Part shown: piece after piece, positions 50,437 to 60,026 of the stretch | How the letters are laid out: each line of letters begins with the position of its first letter | Numbering within the stretch: position 1 is the first letter of the stretch | Origin: Candidatus Micrarchaeota archaeon | GTDB taxonomy: Archaea > Micrarchaeota > Micrarchaeia > Anstonellales > Bilamarchaeaceae | Length of the DNA: 64,000 nucleotides | Assembly (NCBI GenBank): GCA_038046765.1 | Contig: JBBSVN010000002.1 | Location: 32,001 to 96,000 of the forward strand | Direction of reading: 5' to 3' | Notes under the pieces: model-generated | Seen by the model: the letters and a program-made list of their open reading frames with translations, nothing else | Database searches by the model: none | Told to the model about the DNA's origin: nothing | Position numbers and translations under genes: made by a program

Positions 50437-50952
50437 ATGGGAATTAGGCCAGCACACGCAATAAGAGATATTAACAAAGTCGCATGGACGAGATTTTCAA
50501 GGTCAAAGCCAAGAAAATCTTATATTAAATCTATGCCACACCAGGATATAAATGTATTTAGAATGGGTACTGATAAAAAAGAATTTGATGTATCTATCGA
50601 TCTAGTTTCAAAAGGAGACTTGATCCTAAGAGATAATGCTCTTGAAAGTGCCAGACAAGCAAGTAACAAATACATGGAAAAAGCCATGGTTGGTGAATAC
50701 TACTTTATTGTTCGTGTATTTCCACATCACGTTGTAAGGGAAAACAAGATGATTGCTGGAGCTGGTGCAGATCGTCTTCAAAAAGGTATGAGGCAATCAT
50801 TTGGACGACCAACTGACAAGGCAGCAAGAATTGACAAAGGCACTGCCGTATTCACTGTTAGAACCTATAAGAAACACGCTTCAATCGTTTCAAAAGCATT
50901 TGCAAGAGCAACGAAAAAACTTTCTGGTTCTTATTCAGTAAAAGCTCAATAA
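50437..50952 (+). CDS. rpl10e: 50S ribosomal protein uL16 (L10e)
   Basis: ALESARQ, RENKMIAGAGADRLQKGMRQSFGRP. Confidence 0.97.
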   Translation: MGIRPAHAIRDINKVAWTRFSRSKPRKSYIKSMPHQDINVFRMGTDKKEFDVSIDLVSKGDLILRDNALESARQASNKYMEKAMVGEYYFIVRVFPHHVVRENKMIAGAGADRLQKGMRQSFGRPTDKAARIDKGTAVFTVRTYKKHASIVSKAFARATKKLSGSYSVKAQ

Positions 50953-51111
50953 GTTCTATTTTTTATTATTTTTTTTATATTTATTATTCTTATTTTTCAT
51001 TCTACTTACTAGCTGTGTTTATATCTGCATCGTTATGGTAAGGTTTTTAAACACAATCAAACACTATTATATTTACATTTTAATGTTTCAAAGCTAATGC
51101 GGGTGTTATTT

Positions 51112-52989
51112 ATGACTACTTTCGATGAAGATATTATAAGTACGGATATTGACAGAATAATAAAAATTGTTTCAAATAGGAAAAAGATTAGCCTAAATGA
51201 TTTAGAAAAACAAACAGGGATTAACCGTAAGGTTCTTGAAACATGGGTAAAAGTACTTGAAGATGAAAAAGTTATTTCCGTTGATTATGGTTTAACTTCT
51301 AAGACTATTAGTTGGATGGGTGGAGATGCAGAAGAAATTGAAATGCAAGTAGAAGAAAAAGAGATCATCCAATCCCACTGGAAGTCTCACGTACAGGAAC
51401 AAAAATCAGCAGGCACTAATTTCGATTCGTATTCCTCAGAATCAGAATATGAAAAAGTAAACGGGACTAAAGAAACTAAAATTGCTCCAAATATTTCAAG
51501 TTTAAAACAAATCATGATGGATGATGTCTCTGATCAGGCTACCGAAAAAGAAGCCAAGGAAGAATCTAAACAAATCTCCTTGGATTTTGATGCCCCAATA
51601 ATTGATAGTGAAATTACAATGTCTGATTCAAACGTTTTAGTTCAAGAAGAAAAAGAAACCGAAACAGCAAAAACTGTTGAACCAGAACCATCTGTTATTC
51701 AAACTCCTGTTAAGGTAGAAAAAATTTCCGATTTGCAAAAAGAGTCTGCACCTTTGTCTATCAGAGAAGTAATTAAATCTAAAGAAAAATTAGTTTCAAT
51801 TGCAAAAGCTCAAGTTTCAGATTCAAAAGTTAATATGAAAGATGCTGTTTCAATATATTTAAGGGAAATTGGCAAACAAAAGGGCGTTTTAGAACAGTTA
51901 AAAAAAGAAAAAGAAAAAATTTATGATCAAAGATCTAAATCTCTTGAAGCTAAAGTTGATTCTCAAATCGATTCAATAGCTGAAAAAATACTTGAAAAAG
52001 AAGGCAGAATCATTGAATTAAAAGAGCAGATGTTAGATTTACCAGACAAAGTTTCTGAGTTAGATAAACTTCAAAACTTAATGGGTAAAATTGAAGTTGA
52101 AAGTAAAGATGCAATTGTCAAAACACGTCAAAAACTTAGTGAATTAGCTGCAAGCATAGAGTCTTCAAAATCTGCAGTAAAATCAAAAATGGATCAAGGT
52201 AACGCTCTAATTTCAAAAGAAATACAAAAAATAAATGAACTTGAACAAATAGAAGCCCGCGTGTTACAAAGCATTGAAAAAGCAAATGGCAGTATCTCCC
52301 AAACCAAATCTGAACTTGATAAATTAAACGCCAGCGTTGATCAGATGTCTGATGAGATTAGTCATCTTACTGAAATGAAAACAGATATAAGTGAAATTTG
52401 CCATAGCATAAAAATTTCTGTTGAATCTAAGGAACAGGAAATAAGTTCTTTGGCTAATGAATTAGATGATATCGGTCGGATTGAACAGTGGATAAGTGAA
52501 TACGTAAATGATTATGAACAAAAAATTGTCGAAGTAACAGATTACATCAATCGAAGCGAGGATGAAATTGGTGAACTTAGACAGGCATCTGAAGCAGAGT
52601 ACATAAAGCGTTACTTAGCAGAACTTGATGATATTACAAGAAATTACGAAAAAGAAAGCGAGGAAATAGAAATACAAGGGCAGGAACTTGATTATTCAAT
52701 CGGTCAGGCAAAACAGAAACTTGATGCTCTAGTTAATGAAAGTAAATTGCTTCTTAAAAAGTACCATGGCCAAAGTGGTTCTGTAATAAATAGAGCAAGC
52801 TTTGAAGAAACTTTATCTCGTGTCAGACAAGGAGCTGAATCTGTAAATAAAAAACTTGCAGAAAAATCAAGCGAAAGGGAAAAACTAAAAGATGAAGGGC
52901 GCGCAGTTAAGGACAAACGAACTAAAAAAGAAGAAGAAATTAAAGTCAGGGCTAAAGACAGAAGAAGAAAAGGAAACGGGAAGAAATAA
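51112..52989 (+). CDS. N-terminal winged-helix, long coiled-coil protein
   Basis: ISLNDLEKQTGINRKVLETWVKVLEDEKVI wHTH, acidic linker, ~350 aa of heptads. Confidence 0.7.
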   Translation: MTTFDEDIISTDIDRIIKIVSNRKKISLNDLEKQTGINRKVLETWVKVLEDEKVISVDYGLTSKTISWMGGDAEEIEMQVEEKEIIQSHWKSHVQEQKSAGTNFDSYSSESEYEKVNGTKETKIAPNISSLKQIMMDDVSDQATEKEAKEESKQISLDFDAPIIDSEITMSDSNVLVQEEKETETAKTVEPEPSVIQTPVKVEKISDLQKESAPLSIREVIKSKEKLVSIAKAQVSDSKVNMKDAVSIYLREIGKQKGVLEQLKKEKEKIYDQRSKSLEAKVDSQIDSIAEKILEKEGRIIELKEQMLDLPDKVSELDKLQNLMGKIEVESKDAIVKTRQKLSELAASIESSKSAVKSKMDQGNALISKEIQKINELEQIEARVLQSIEKANGSISQTKSELDKLNASVDQMSDEISHLTEMKTDISEICHSIKISVESKEQEISSLANELDDIGRIEQWISEYVNDYEQKIVEVTDYINRSEDEIGELRQASEAEYIKRYLAELDDITRNYEKESEEIEIQGQELDYSIGQAKQKLDALVNESKLLLKKYHGQSGSVINRASFEETLSRVRQGAESVNKKLAEKSSEREKLKDEGRAVKDKRTKKEEEIKVRAKDRRRKGNGKK

Positions 52990-53133
52990 ATTGCCTAGCT
53001 CTGAGCAATGCGCATTGGGCAGTGAGCTCGTGACACAGTTCACACTAATCGAAACAATTTTCTCTCTTTATTTACTATTTCTATTGTTAAAAAACAAAAT
53101 TATTAAATATATCTAACCTATCCAATAGATTCT

Positions 53134-53460
53134 GTGTTATGTCCGATATGCGAAAAAGGAAAGATGAACGAAAAAATAGTTGATGTAGTACGACACGGAA
53201 TATTCCTAGGTCATTTTAAGGCAGATGTTTGTAATGCATGCAACGAAGAGATATTCGATTCCAAAATAGCTGCTAAAATTGAATCCAGAATGAAGGAACT
53301 TGGGTTATTTGGTACTCAAAAAACTACCGTTTATCAGATTGGTGGGAATGTTGCAGTTGCTCTAAAGGCCGAAATAGCCAAAGCATTGGGAGTTACAAAA
53401 TCTTCTAAACCTACAATTATCGCACAACCTGCGGAAAAAAGAATCATTTTGGAATTTTAG
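53134..53460 (+). CDS. Zinc-finger (YgiT-like) + AbrB-like antitoxin/regulator, solo
   Basis: CPIC...CNAC then VYQIGGNVAV; paralogue of 63529-63858. Confidence 0.75.
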   Translation: MLCPICEKGKMNEKIVDVVRHGIFLGHFKADVCNACNEEIFDSKIAAKIESRMKELGLFGTQKTTVYQIGGNVAVALKAEIAKALGVTKSSKPTIIAQPAEKRIILEF

Positions 53461-53576
53461 AGAATTCTGTAATAAAGTATTCGCTAACTGGAAATCTCCA
53501 AAACCCCAAACTCGAAACTCCAGACTAGAGACGCTAACCCATCAGTTTTATATTTAGTTCTTAGTCTATTTTATAC

Positions 53577-53830
53577 TGGGCTAGAGTGGGTCTAGGGGTC
53601 CCAGTCCGTAAATCCCCTTCAGACGGCTCGAATGCTCGGGGCGTTGTAGTTTTTTAATGCGTCTTTTACCTAAAGCGTCGAAGTCCTGCCTTATATGGCA
53701 GATTTAGCTAATGAACCAGGCCAGACCGAAAGGAGCAACCTTAAATTTCCTATGCTGCGCTTGTAAGATACAGGATGGAGCCTAAAGTAGAAGCTCCACA
53801 TTAAAAAATTGCAGCTAACCGAGAAGCCCA
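53577..53830 (+). ncRNA. ffs: Archaeal SRP RNA (7S)
   Basis: Helix 1 TGGGCT/AGCCCA; Alu-like 5' domain; helix 8 AGGCCAGACC-GAAA-GGAGCAACCT; TTTATA box about 30 bp upstream. Confidence 0.92.
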
Positions 53831-54404
53831 TTTGACATATATTTTACTAAGGCAAATTACCGGGTTAGTCTCATGCTTTACATATCGACGCCCTTGCGGA
53901 AGCAGATTTTACTAGATAAATTTGTGCCAATCTGCTTCAGTAGATAATTTGCAAATACTAAACTACTGTTTAGATTCTGTTCGTATCGGTAAACTATTTG
54001 TTTATATTCATAATTTACTTATCTTTTAAGGTCGAATAAAAATGGGAAAACAAAGTTTTGGCTCAATTAAGTAATATCTAAATCGACCGTTTAATATCTA
54101 CGCACGGGGAAGTTTCCGGTAAACGAATCGATTTCTTAATGCGTCAAATTCTTCGATCTCGCTAAAAAAGCAAATCCTTTATAAAATTTATCTTGGAAAG
54201 CAATTTGATAAAACATTTGCGATTACACGCCACTAAGTAAACTTATTAACAACAACTTCATAAAAAATAACAAAAAACAAAGCGAAAAACTTATTAAACA
54301 ACCTAAAAATCCTACGCATATTTAAAAAATAATTGTTTCATTAAACGAACAGACAAATTTTAATGCAATAATTTATTAGGATGTTGCAATTAATTGGTGA
54401 TAAA

Positions 54405-54794
54405 ATGGGATTACTAGATAAAGTCTTTGGCGGAAAACAAGAAGTAACAGAAGTACCTGATTTAGAAGAAGTCATGGAAGCAGAAGGGGATGTAGTAAAC
54501 CCACCAGCAGATTTCTATGTTAAAAAAATTAACTTAAGAAACGAAGGTGACGCAGAACTAGCTGCAAAAGAATTGGCTCAAAAAAATATTGTATTGTTAA
54601 ATATTGAACCACTATCAAAACAACCAAACAGGTTAAAGACAATTATTGGAAAATTAAAAAACCAAACTTCAAAAATAAATGGGGACATGGTTCTTTTGAC
54701 TGCAACTGTTTGTGAACACGAGAAGGAAAGATATGTTATCTTAACCCCAACAAATGTTAAGGTAGTAAAATCTAAACCACATCCACCTAAGTAA
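54405..54794 (+). CDS. sepF: Cell division protein SepF
   Basis: KNIVLLNI..LK...INGDM...YVILTPTNVKV. Confidence 0.88.
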   Translation: MGLLDKVFGGKQEVTEVPDLEEVMEAEGDVVNPPADFYVKKINLRNEGDAELAAKELAQKNIVLLNIEPLSKQPNRLKTIIGKLKNQTSKINGDMVLLTATVCEHEKERYVILTPTNVKVVKSKPHPPK

Positions 54795-54859
54795 ATATAA
54801 TTTTTATTCTTTTTATATTTTTAATCTTATCTTGTGCTTATTTTTATTTTCGTTCAAAT

Positions 54860-55609
54860 TCACTGTATCTGGAATTTCTCTTTATTTAGGACAAAAATAA
54901 ATACTTCTCCAAATATTTCATCCTGTTTTATATCTACGTACTCCTTTTGCGTAAGGTGCAGTATTGAAACTAGCGTATAAATCATATCTCTAGCTCCCGC
55001 ATTTTTAGATATTTGCGAAAAAGTAGTAATCCCCTCGCTATCTATGTTATCCTTTATTTTAATCAATATCTCGTTCATTTTTCGCTCGATATCCTTATCA
55101 TCAAGTTTCATATTAATTATTGTATCAATTCCTCCCCGTTGCTTTGGAATTCTTACAATATTTTCATATTTTATTATCTTGTCCATTTCTTCCATTAATT
55201 GTGCAGCCGTTATCTGCATTTTTGGTGGAATACGCGATGAAAAAGTCAGTTCGGGCATATCCTCTACAAAAATCTGCGGTGGCTCATCCGAATAAAATTG
55301 TACACTTTCTTCCTGTATCTTGAGGTAATCACTTTTATAACGAAGTAAAATCGATGCTGCGAGGATTACGTTTGCAGGAACCATTAGTTCAAGTGTTTTT
55401 AATTCTTTTATCTTTTTTAAGTATTCTTGGCAAAGTTTGACAATATTCACATCCCAAGGGTCTATTTTTTTCTTATCAATTAGTTCCAATAATATTTGTT
55501 TCCATGTCGGCTTACTAACCATGTTTTCGACATCAAAATCTTTTGGATGTGAATTTTGTGCAGGTGCGTTAATTGTTATTGTTGCCTGTGGAACTGGATT
55601 TTCTGCCAT
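54860..55609 (-). CDS. scpA: Kleisin ScpA
   Basis: IDPWDVNI, ASILLRYKS, C-terminal wH IKQDEIFGEV. Confidence 0.92.
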   Translation of the reverse strand: MAENPVPQATITINAPAQNSHPKDFDVENMVSKPTWKQILLELIDKKKIDPWDVNIVKLCQEYLKKIKELKTLELMVPANVILAASILLRYKSDYLKIQEESVQFYSDEPPQIFVEDMPELTFSSRIPPKMQITAAQLMEEMDKIIKYENIVRIPKQRGGIDTIINMKLDDKDIERKMNEILIKIKDNIDSEGITTFSQISKNAGARDMIYTLVSILHLTQKEYVDIKQDEIFGEVFIFVLNKEKFQIQ

Positions 55610-55695
55610 AGTGTTTTATTAACTATGTTGCTTTTATATATTTGTTTATTGTAACGATTATTTGAATCATAATCTTAAGAAAAAAAGGTGATAAA

Positions 55696-56793
55696 ATGCA
55701 AAGACATGACGCGTTAGTACTAAATTCCAGTGAACCTTTGTCAAAGGCAATGCATCACATTTTGGAATCTGGGTTGGCAGTAGTTGTCGTAAAAGAAGGC
55801 GATTATCTTGGTATAATCGATGATCGAAATATCAGTTTTGGTATTAGCGATGCTAGTAAAATAAAATGTGAAACAGCTACGACCCAAGCACCGTGCCTAT
55901 TAGAAACTTCTTCAGTTGAAGATAAATTAAATGCATTTTTAAGCGGACACTTTAAATCACTACCAGTTAAGGAAGCAGATACTAAATTATTCAAAATAAT
56001 TACACGGGTTGATTTGTTAAAAGAAATTCTTGAAAATAAATTATTTCCAAAAACATCTGTAATGACGCTGGCAAATAAACCCGTTTTTACTGTTGATGAA
56101 AATGATACTGTTGCACATGCAAGAGCCCTTTTAAAGGACAATAATACGCACAAGCTTGTTGTAACTAAAAATGGAAAACCGATTGGAGTCGTTTCAACAT
56201 TCGATTTACTTTCGACCATCGCTCCCCCAAAAGGGAAAAAAGATAATATCCTAAGCCAAAAAGATAAACCAGATAGCCCAGCTAAAGTAAGCAGCTTCTT
56301 AAAAGACTGGACTTTTTCCGTAGAAGAAAATACTTCTGTAGAAGATGTCATTAAAAAAATGGTTGAAAAAAATGTCGCTGCAATTTTGGTTACAACAAAC
56401 GGTAAACCATCTGGAGTATTTTCAGCATTCGATCTGTTCAATTTAATATCTCAATCAAATAAGCCAGCTGGAGTCCAAATTACCATTAGCGGTCTTCACG
56501 AAGAAGCAGGGATGGATTATCAAGAAACTAAAGAAATTGTCTCCAAGGTATTAGATAAATTTTCCAAGTCTCTTGAAATTCGTGATGTTAATATACATTT
56601 TAAACATAGTAAAAGCATGTTTGAAGCTCACCTTAGTGCGCAAGTAAAAGGCGAGCGGTTAAACTGTTCAACACAAAAACACGACTTTAAAACTGCTCTT
56701 GATACCGTTGCAGCAGAATTATATACTTTACTGTCTAAGAAGAAGAGTATTCTGACGTACAACAAAGGAAAGGGTCGCGAAAAAGAGGAATAA
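55696..56793 (+). CDS. 4xCBS + C-terminal HPF/RaiA-like domain protein
   Basis: Four CBS motifs, then ITISGL..alpha..beta3..ALDTVAAEL in the HPF topology pattern. Confidence 0.75.
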   Translation: MQRHDALVLNSSEPLSKAMHHILESGLAVVVVKEGDYLGIIDDRNISFGISDASKIKCETATTQAPCLLETSSVEDKLNAFLSGHFKSLPVKEADTKLFKIITRVDLLKEILENKLFPKTSVMTLANKPVFTVDENDTVAHARALLKDNNTHKLVVTKNGKPIGVVSTFDLLSTIAPPKGKKDNILSQKDKPDSPAKVSSFLKDWTFSVEENTSVEDVIKKMVEKNVAAILVTTNGKPSGVFSAFDLFNLISQSNKPAGVQITISGLHEEAGMDYQETKEIVSKVLDKFSKSLEIRDVNIHFKHSKSMFEAHLSAQVKGERLNCSTQKHDFKTALDTVAAELYTLLSKKKSILTYNKGKGREKEE

Positions 56794-56795
56794 TT

Positions 56796-57230
56796 ATGAT
56801 TTGGTCAAAAAAAGGACAGGTAAGTATCGAACTCTTAGTTATAGTAGCTACTGTCCTACTTATTTTTGTCCCTTTACTAGTTAGTGTTTATTTTAAGGCT
56901 AATGAAGCTAATGCTTCTATTGAGTCTTATAAAGCGCAATTAGGAGTATCCCGAATTGCGAATCTAGTTAATTCGATTGGGAATCTTGGGGACGGTTCAT
57001 TTATAATTGCGCAAGTGTACGTTCCAAAAAACACCAAGCAGATTAAATTCTTAAGTTCGGGTAATGGTGGAGAAGTAGTTTTTGTTTTGGATTCGGGCGG
57101 TCAAAGTATTGATTATGCTGAAAGCGTAAAATATCCGGTTATCGGAAGCACGATTAATACGCCTTATGAGGGGGTTATTTTACTTAATATTACTTCGGTT
57201 AATAATCAGGTTAGTGTTAGGAAGATATAA
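56796..57230 (+). CDS. Class III signal peptide (type IV pilin-like) protein
   Basis: KKG/QVSIE cleavage motif followed by a hydrophobic helix. Confidence 0.85.
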   Translation: MIWSKKGQVSIELLVIVATVLLIFVPLLVSVYFKANEANASIESYKAQLGVSRIANLVNSIGNLGDGSFIIAQVYVPKNTKQIKFLSSGNGGEVVFVLDSGGQSIDYAESVKYPVIGSTINTPYEGVILLNITSVNNQVSVRKI

Positions 57231-57233
57231 AAT

Positions 57234-57266
57234 TAGCTTGTAGCTAGTGGCAAGTAGCAGGTGGCA
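57234..57266. repeat. 7-bp-period TRGCnnn array (5 units)
   Basis: Units at 57234, 57241, 57248, 57255, 57262. Confidence 0.8.
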
Positions 57267-57270
57267 TACT

Positions 57271-59952
57271 TTAATTTTCGTAATCTGTTGCGTATCCGCT
57301 GCTAAATATTCTCTTACTATTGAAGTACAACACATCATTAATTTTTCCATTTTCACTTAATACAAACATTTTAATTGCGGTCGGTTCCTTTGGGGCAAAA
57401 ACCATTGCGTTTAATGCTCGATAGAACACTGCACCGATTCCATTCATTTTCTTTCCTGTACTACAAGAATCTAGAACAATTGTTGGTTTTTTCTTTTTTG
57501 TGAAGTACTTTGATAATCCTTTTAACTCAGCTTCATCTCCTACGTCTAAAAGTCCAAATTCGGGGTTGCTAGGTGTATTGCCAAGTTGTATATCTTTTTC
57601 CGTTCCATGACCACCTACAATTAGCGTATCTATTTCACCATAGTTTTTGTAAACAAATGGAAATCTACTATAAAATTCTCCTTCATTATTAGCTTGATAT
57701 ACTAATGCTTTATATCCATTCTTCAGCATGTTCATTTTTGATCTAGTATCGTAAAATCCACCATTCCAATCTTTTGGCGAAATCATTGCAATCAAAACTG
57801 GTTTGTCTCTGTTTGTACCTATTCCTATGTTATACTGCAATTCATCAAGAAACTCCGGGCTAAAACCTACGAATCTTGTCAGACCGTTATACTTGTGAAT
57901 GTACTCTGTTTTTTCCCTTCCTATCGCTGCAACAGCATAAGCAAAATTGTATCTGTTTTCATTTGTGTTTGGTACATTTGTTTTTTTCATTATTTCCATG
58001 GCAATTTCAAGGTCATATAAACCAATTTGTTTGTGGACATAAAATCTTGCGACATTTTTATTTGGGAATGGGCTTAATAGTTTTTCAAATTTTGGGTCTG
58101 TTTTAATCCTTTGGTTAAAATCATCAAAGTTGGTTGCATGGCCCTCCAAAATCGCATCAATATAATTCGTTACATAAGTTATGCTATATCTCCTATCAAT
58201 TCTTCTGGTGCTCATGAGTAATTTTGTTGTATCATCTATGAAAACTTTACTATTATGCATTTTATCGTTATTTTTTTGAATTAAATCATTAAAAGAATGG
58301 TAAACATACTCCTGCCAGGTAGAATGGTTTTTTGTCAAAATTGCTAGCTCCGAAGCATAAACTTCCAAAAAAGATTTAATTTCATCAACGGATGTATTTT
58401 GTGCATTGTAAGATATTAGCAATTCTACAGTGTGATTAAGTTCTGAGTTTATTCTTCTTACTCCTAGATTATGTTTCATTATAACTGTAAATAAGTCAAC
58501 CATCTCTGGTTTGAAAGTACCTAGCTTGATCGTGTTATCAATAACCCCAAAGTCAAAATATACTCCTCCTTTACTTTGGTTTAATTTTATTATATTTGCG
58601 ATAACTGCAATTAAATCCTCTTCCTGTTTTTTATTGGCCCCCTTATTTGCGAGGCTCCAAACTATTTCTCTTGCTCTTTTCATGTGTTTTTGATCTATTT
58701 TGCTAAAATCTATTGCTAAAAATTGTTGTTCTACACTTGATTTATTCTGTTCTGTTTTTCCTTTTTCAGCTTTTGCAACTTCCTTCTCTGGTTTTTTAAG
58801 ATAAATGTTATTAACAAACTCATCAAAGCCCTGTGCCTTGTTTTTATCCATCGCATCCAGATATTTGTTTACAAATGCCTGTTCATCACGTTTTCCCATC
58901 TTACTAGAATATTCGAATAATTTTTTGGTATTTTCAACTATCCAGTTTTCACTTTTGTTTTGAATCATCTTATTAAAAATGTAGTAAGGATAAAATTCCT
59001 TTGTGGTATGTGTTAATCGTGCCATTTGCTTTGTGTACATCTTGAAAAAATCTAAAAGTTGAGTTGCATTTAAATTTTCATTTTTTATTACTAGTAAATT
59101 TATTGTAAACATTAACTGTGAGTTTATGTCTCTGCTTCCGTTAATCGTTTGCATTGCAATAGAAAATAGTTCACACATCTCTGGTTTGAAATTAACTGAA
59201 GAAATCGTCCTTGCGATTGTATTAAGGTCGTAATCCCTTTGACCTTGGTTCTTATTAATTTTTATTGTATTTGCAATGACTGCAATAAATTTCTGTTGTT
59301 CATCAACTGAGACATTTTTGTAAACTAAATTTGCTATGATTTCGTACGCATGTTTCCTATAATTCTTTTCAATCCCGCTAAAGTCCAATCTCTTAGTAGA
59401 TTCTTCTCCAATTATTTCTACTTTTCTTGCGAATTCTTCTCTTTCTTCAATCTGTGTTCTATAAAAATCAAGTTTATTATTTATTGATTTGTTGTTTGTA
59501 CTTAACAAATTTGCAGCCATTTTTTGCGTTTGTTTCTCTGTTGTGTTTCCAATTCCAATATCGCTGAACATCGTTTTTAGTGCTTTTACTAATTCATCCT
59601 TTATTTTTTCTAAGGTCTGGTTTCTTCTTTTTATTGCTAAATCTTTTGATTTTGAGTCTATCTCATCTTTGACAATTTGTGGATCCAATTCAATTTTAAT
59701 TTCTTTTTTCAAAACCTTTTGTTTGGCTTCTTCTGCTTCTCCTTCAATATAGCTTACCTCTACCTCAAAATTTATTTTTAATTTTTCAATCGTAGGAGCT
59801 TGTTTTTCCGCTATGACTTGCACTTCAAGCGGTTTTTCTTCTTTCTTACATCCATAAATCGTAGAAAAAGCTAAAGCCGCAGCTAATGCTTTAGTTTGGG
59901 CACTTCTTGCAAGTTTTTGCATCATGCCTAGCTTTAGCTGGCTATCTTTCAT
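57271..59952 (-). CDS. Large lipoprotein-like protein with internal duplication and C-terminal clan-CD-like (His-Gly/Ser-Cys) domain
   Basis: ALAFSTIYGC; two ~200 aa repeats; LIVGGHG and IVLDSCSTG. Confidence 0.6.
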   Translation of the reverse strand: MKDSQLKLGMMQKLARSAQTKALAAALAFSTIYGCKKEEKPLEVQVIAEKQAPTIEKLKINFEVEVSYIEGEAEEAKQKVLKKEIKIELDPQIVKDEIDSKSKDLAIKRRNQTLEKIKDELVKALKTMFSDIGIGNTTEKQTQKMAANLLSTNNKSINNKLDFYRTQIEEREEFARKVEIIGEESTKRLDFSGIEKNYRKHAYEIIANLVYKNVSVDEQQKFIAVIANTIKINKNQGQRDYDLNTIARTISSVNFKPEMCELFSIAMQTINGSRDINSQLMFTINLLVIKNENLNATQLLDFFKMYTKQMARLTHTTKEFYPYYIFNKMIQNKSENWIVENTKKLFEYSSKMGKRDEQAFVNKYLDAMDKNKAQGFDEFVNNIYLKKPEKEVAKAEKGKTEQNKSSVEQQFLAIDFSKIDQKHMKRAREIVWSLANKGANKKQEEDLIAVIANIIKLNQSKGGVYFDFGVIDNTIKLGTFKPEMVDLFTVIMKHNLGVRRINSELNHTVELLISYNAQNTSVDEIKSFLEVYASELAILTKNHSTWQEYVYHSFNDLIQKNNDKMHNSKVFIDDTTKLLMSTRRIDRRYSITYVTNYIDAILEGHATNFDDFNQRIKTDPKFEKLLSPFPNKNVARFYVHKQIGLYDLEIAMEIMKKTNVPNTNENRYNFAYAVAAIGREKTEYIHKYNGLTRFVGFSPEFLDELQYNIGIGTNRDKPVLIAMISPKDWNGGFYDTRSKMNMLKNGYKALVYQANNEGEFYSRFPFVYKNYGEIDTLIVGGHGTEKDIQLGNTPSNPEFGLLDVGDEAELKGLSKYFTKKKKPTIVLDSCSTGKKMNGIGAVFYRALNAMVFAPKEPTAIKMFVLSENGKINDVLYFNSKRIFSSGYATDYEN

Positions 59953-60026
59953 AATAAGATTAAGATTAATACACTTTTAAAGGCTTTCTATAACTGTAAA
60001 AACAAGAAAAAACTATTAAAAAACAA

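Noticed and set aside
53831..54380. Replication origin or further ncRNA in the long intergenic region
   Set aside because: Only one 10-bp hairpin (GAAGCAGATT/AATCTGCTTC); no repeated ORB-like boxes and no adjacent cdc6.
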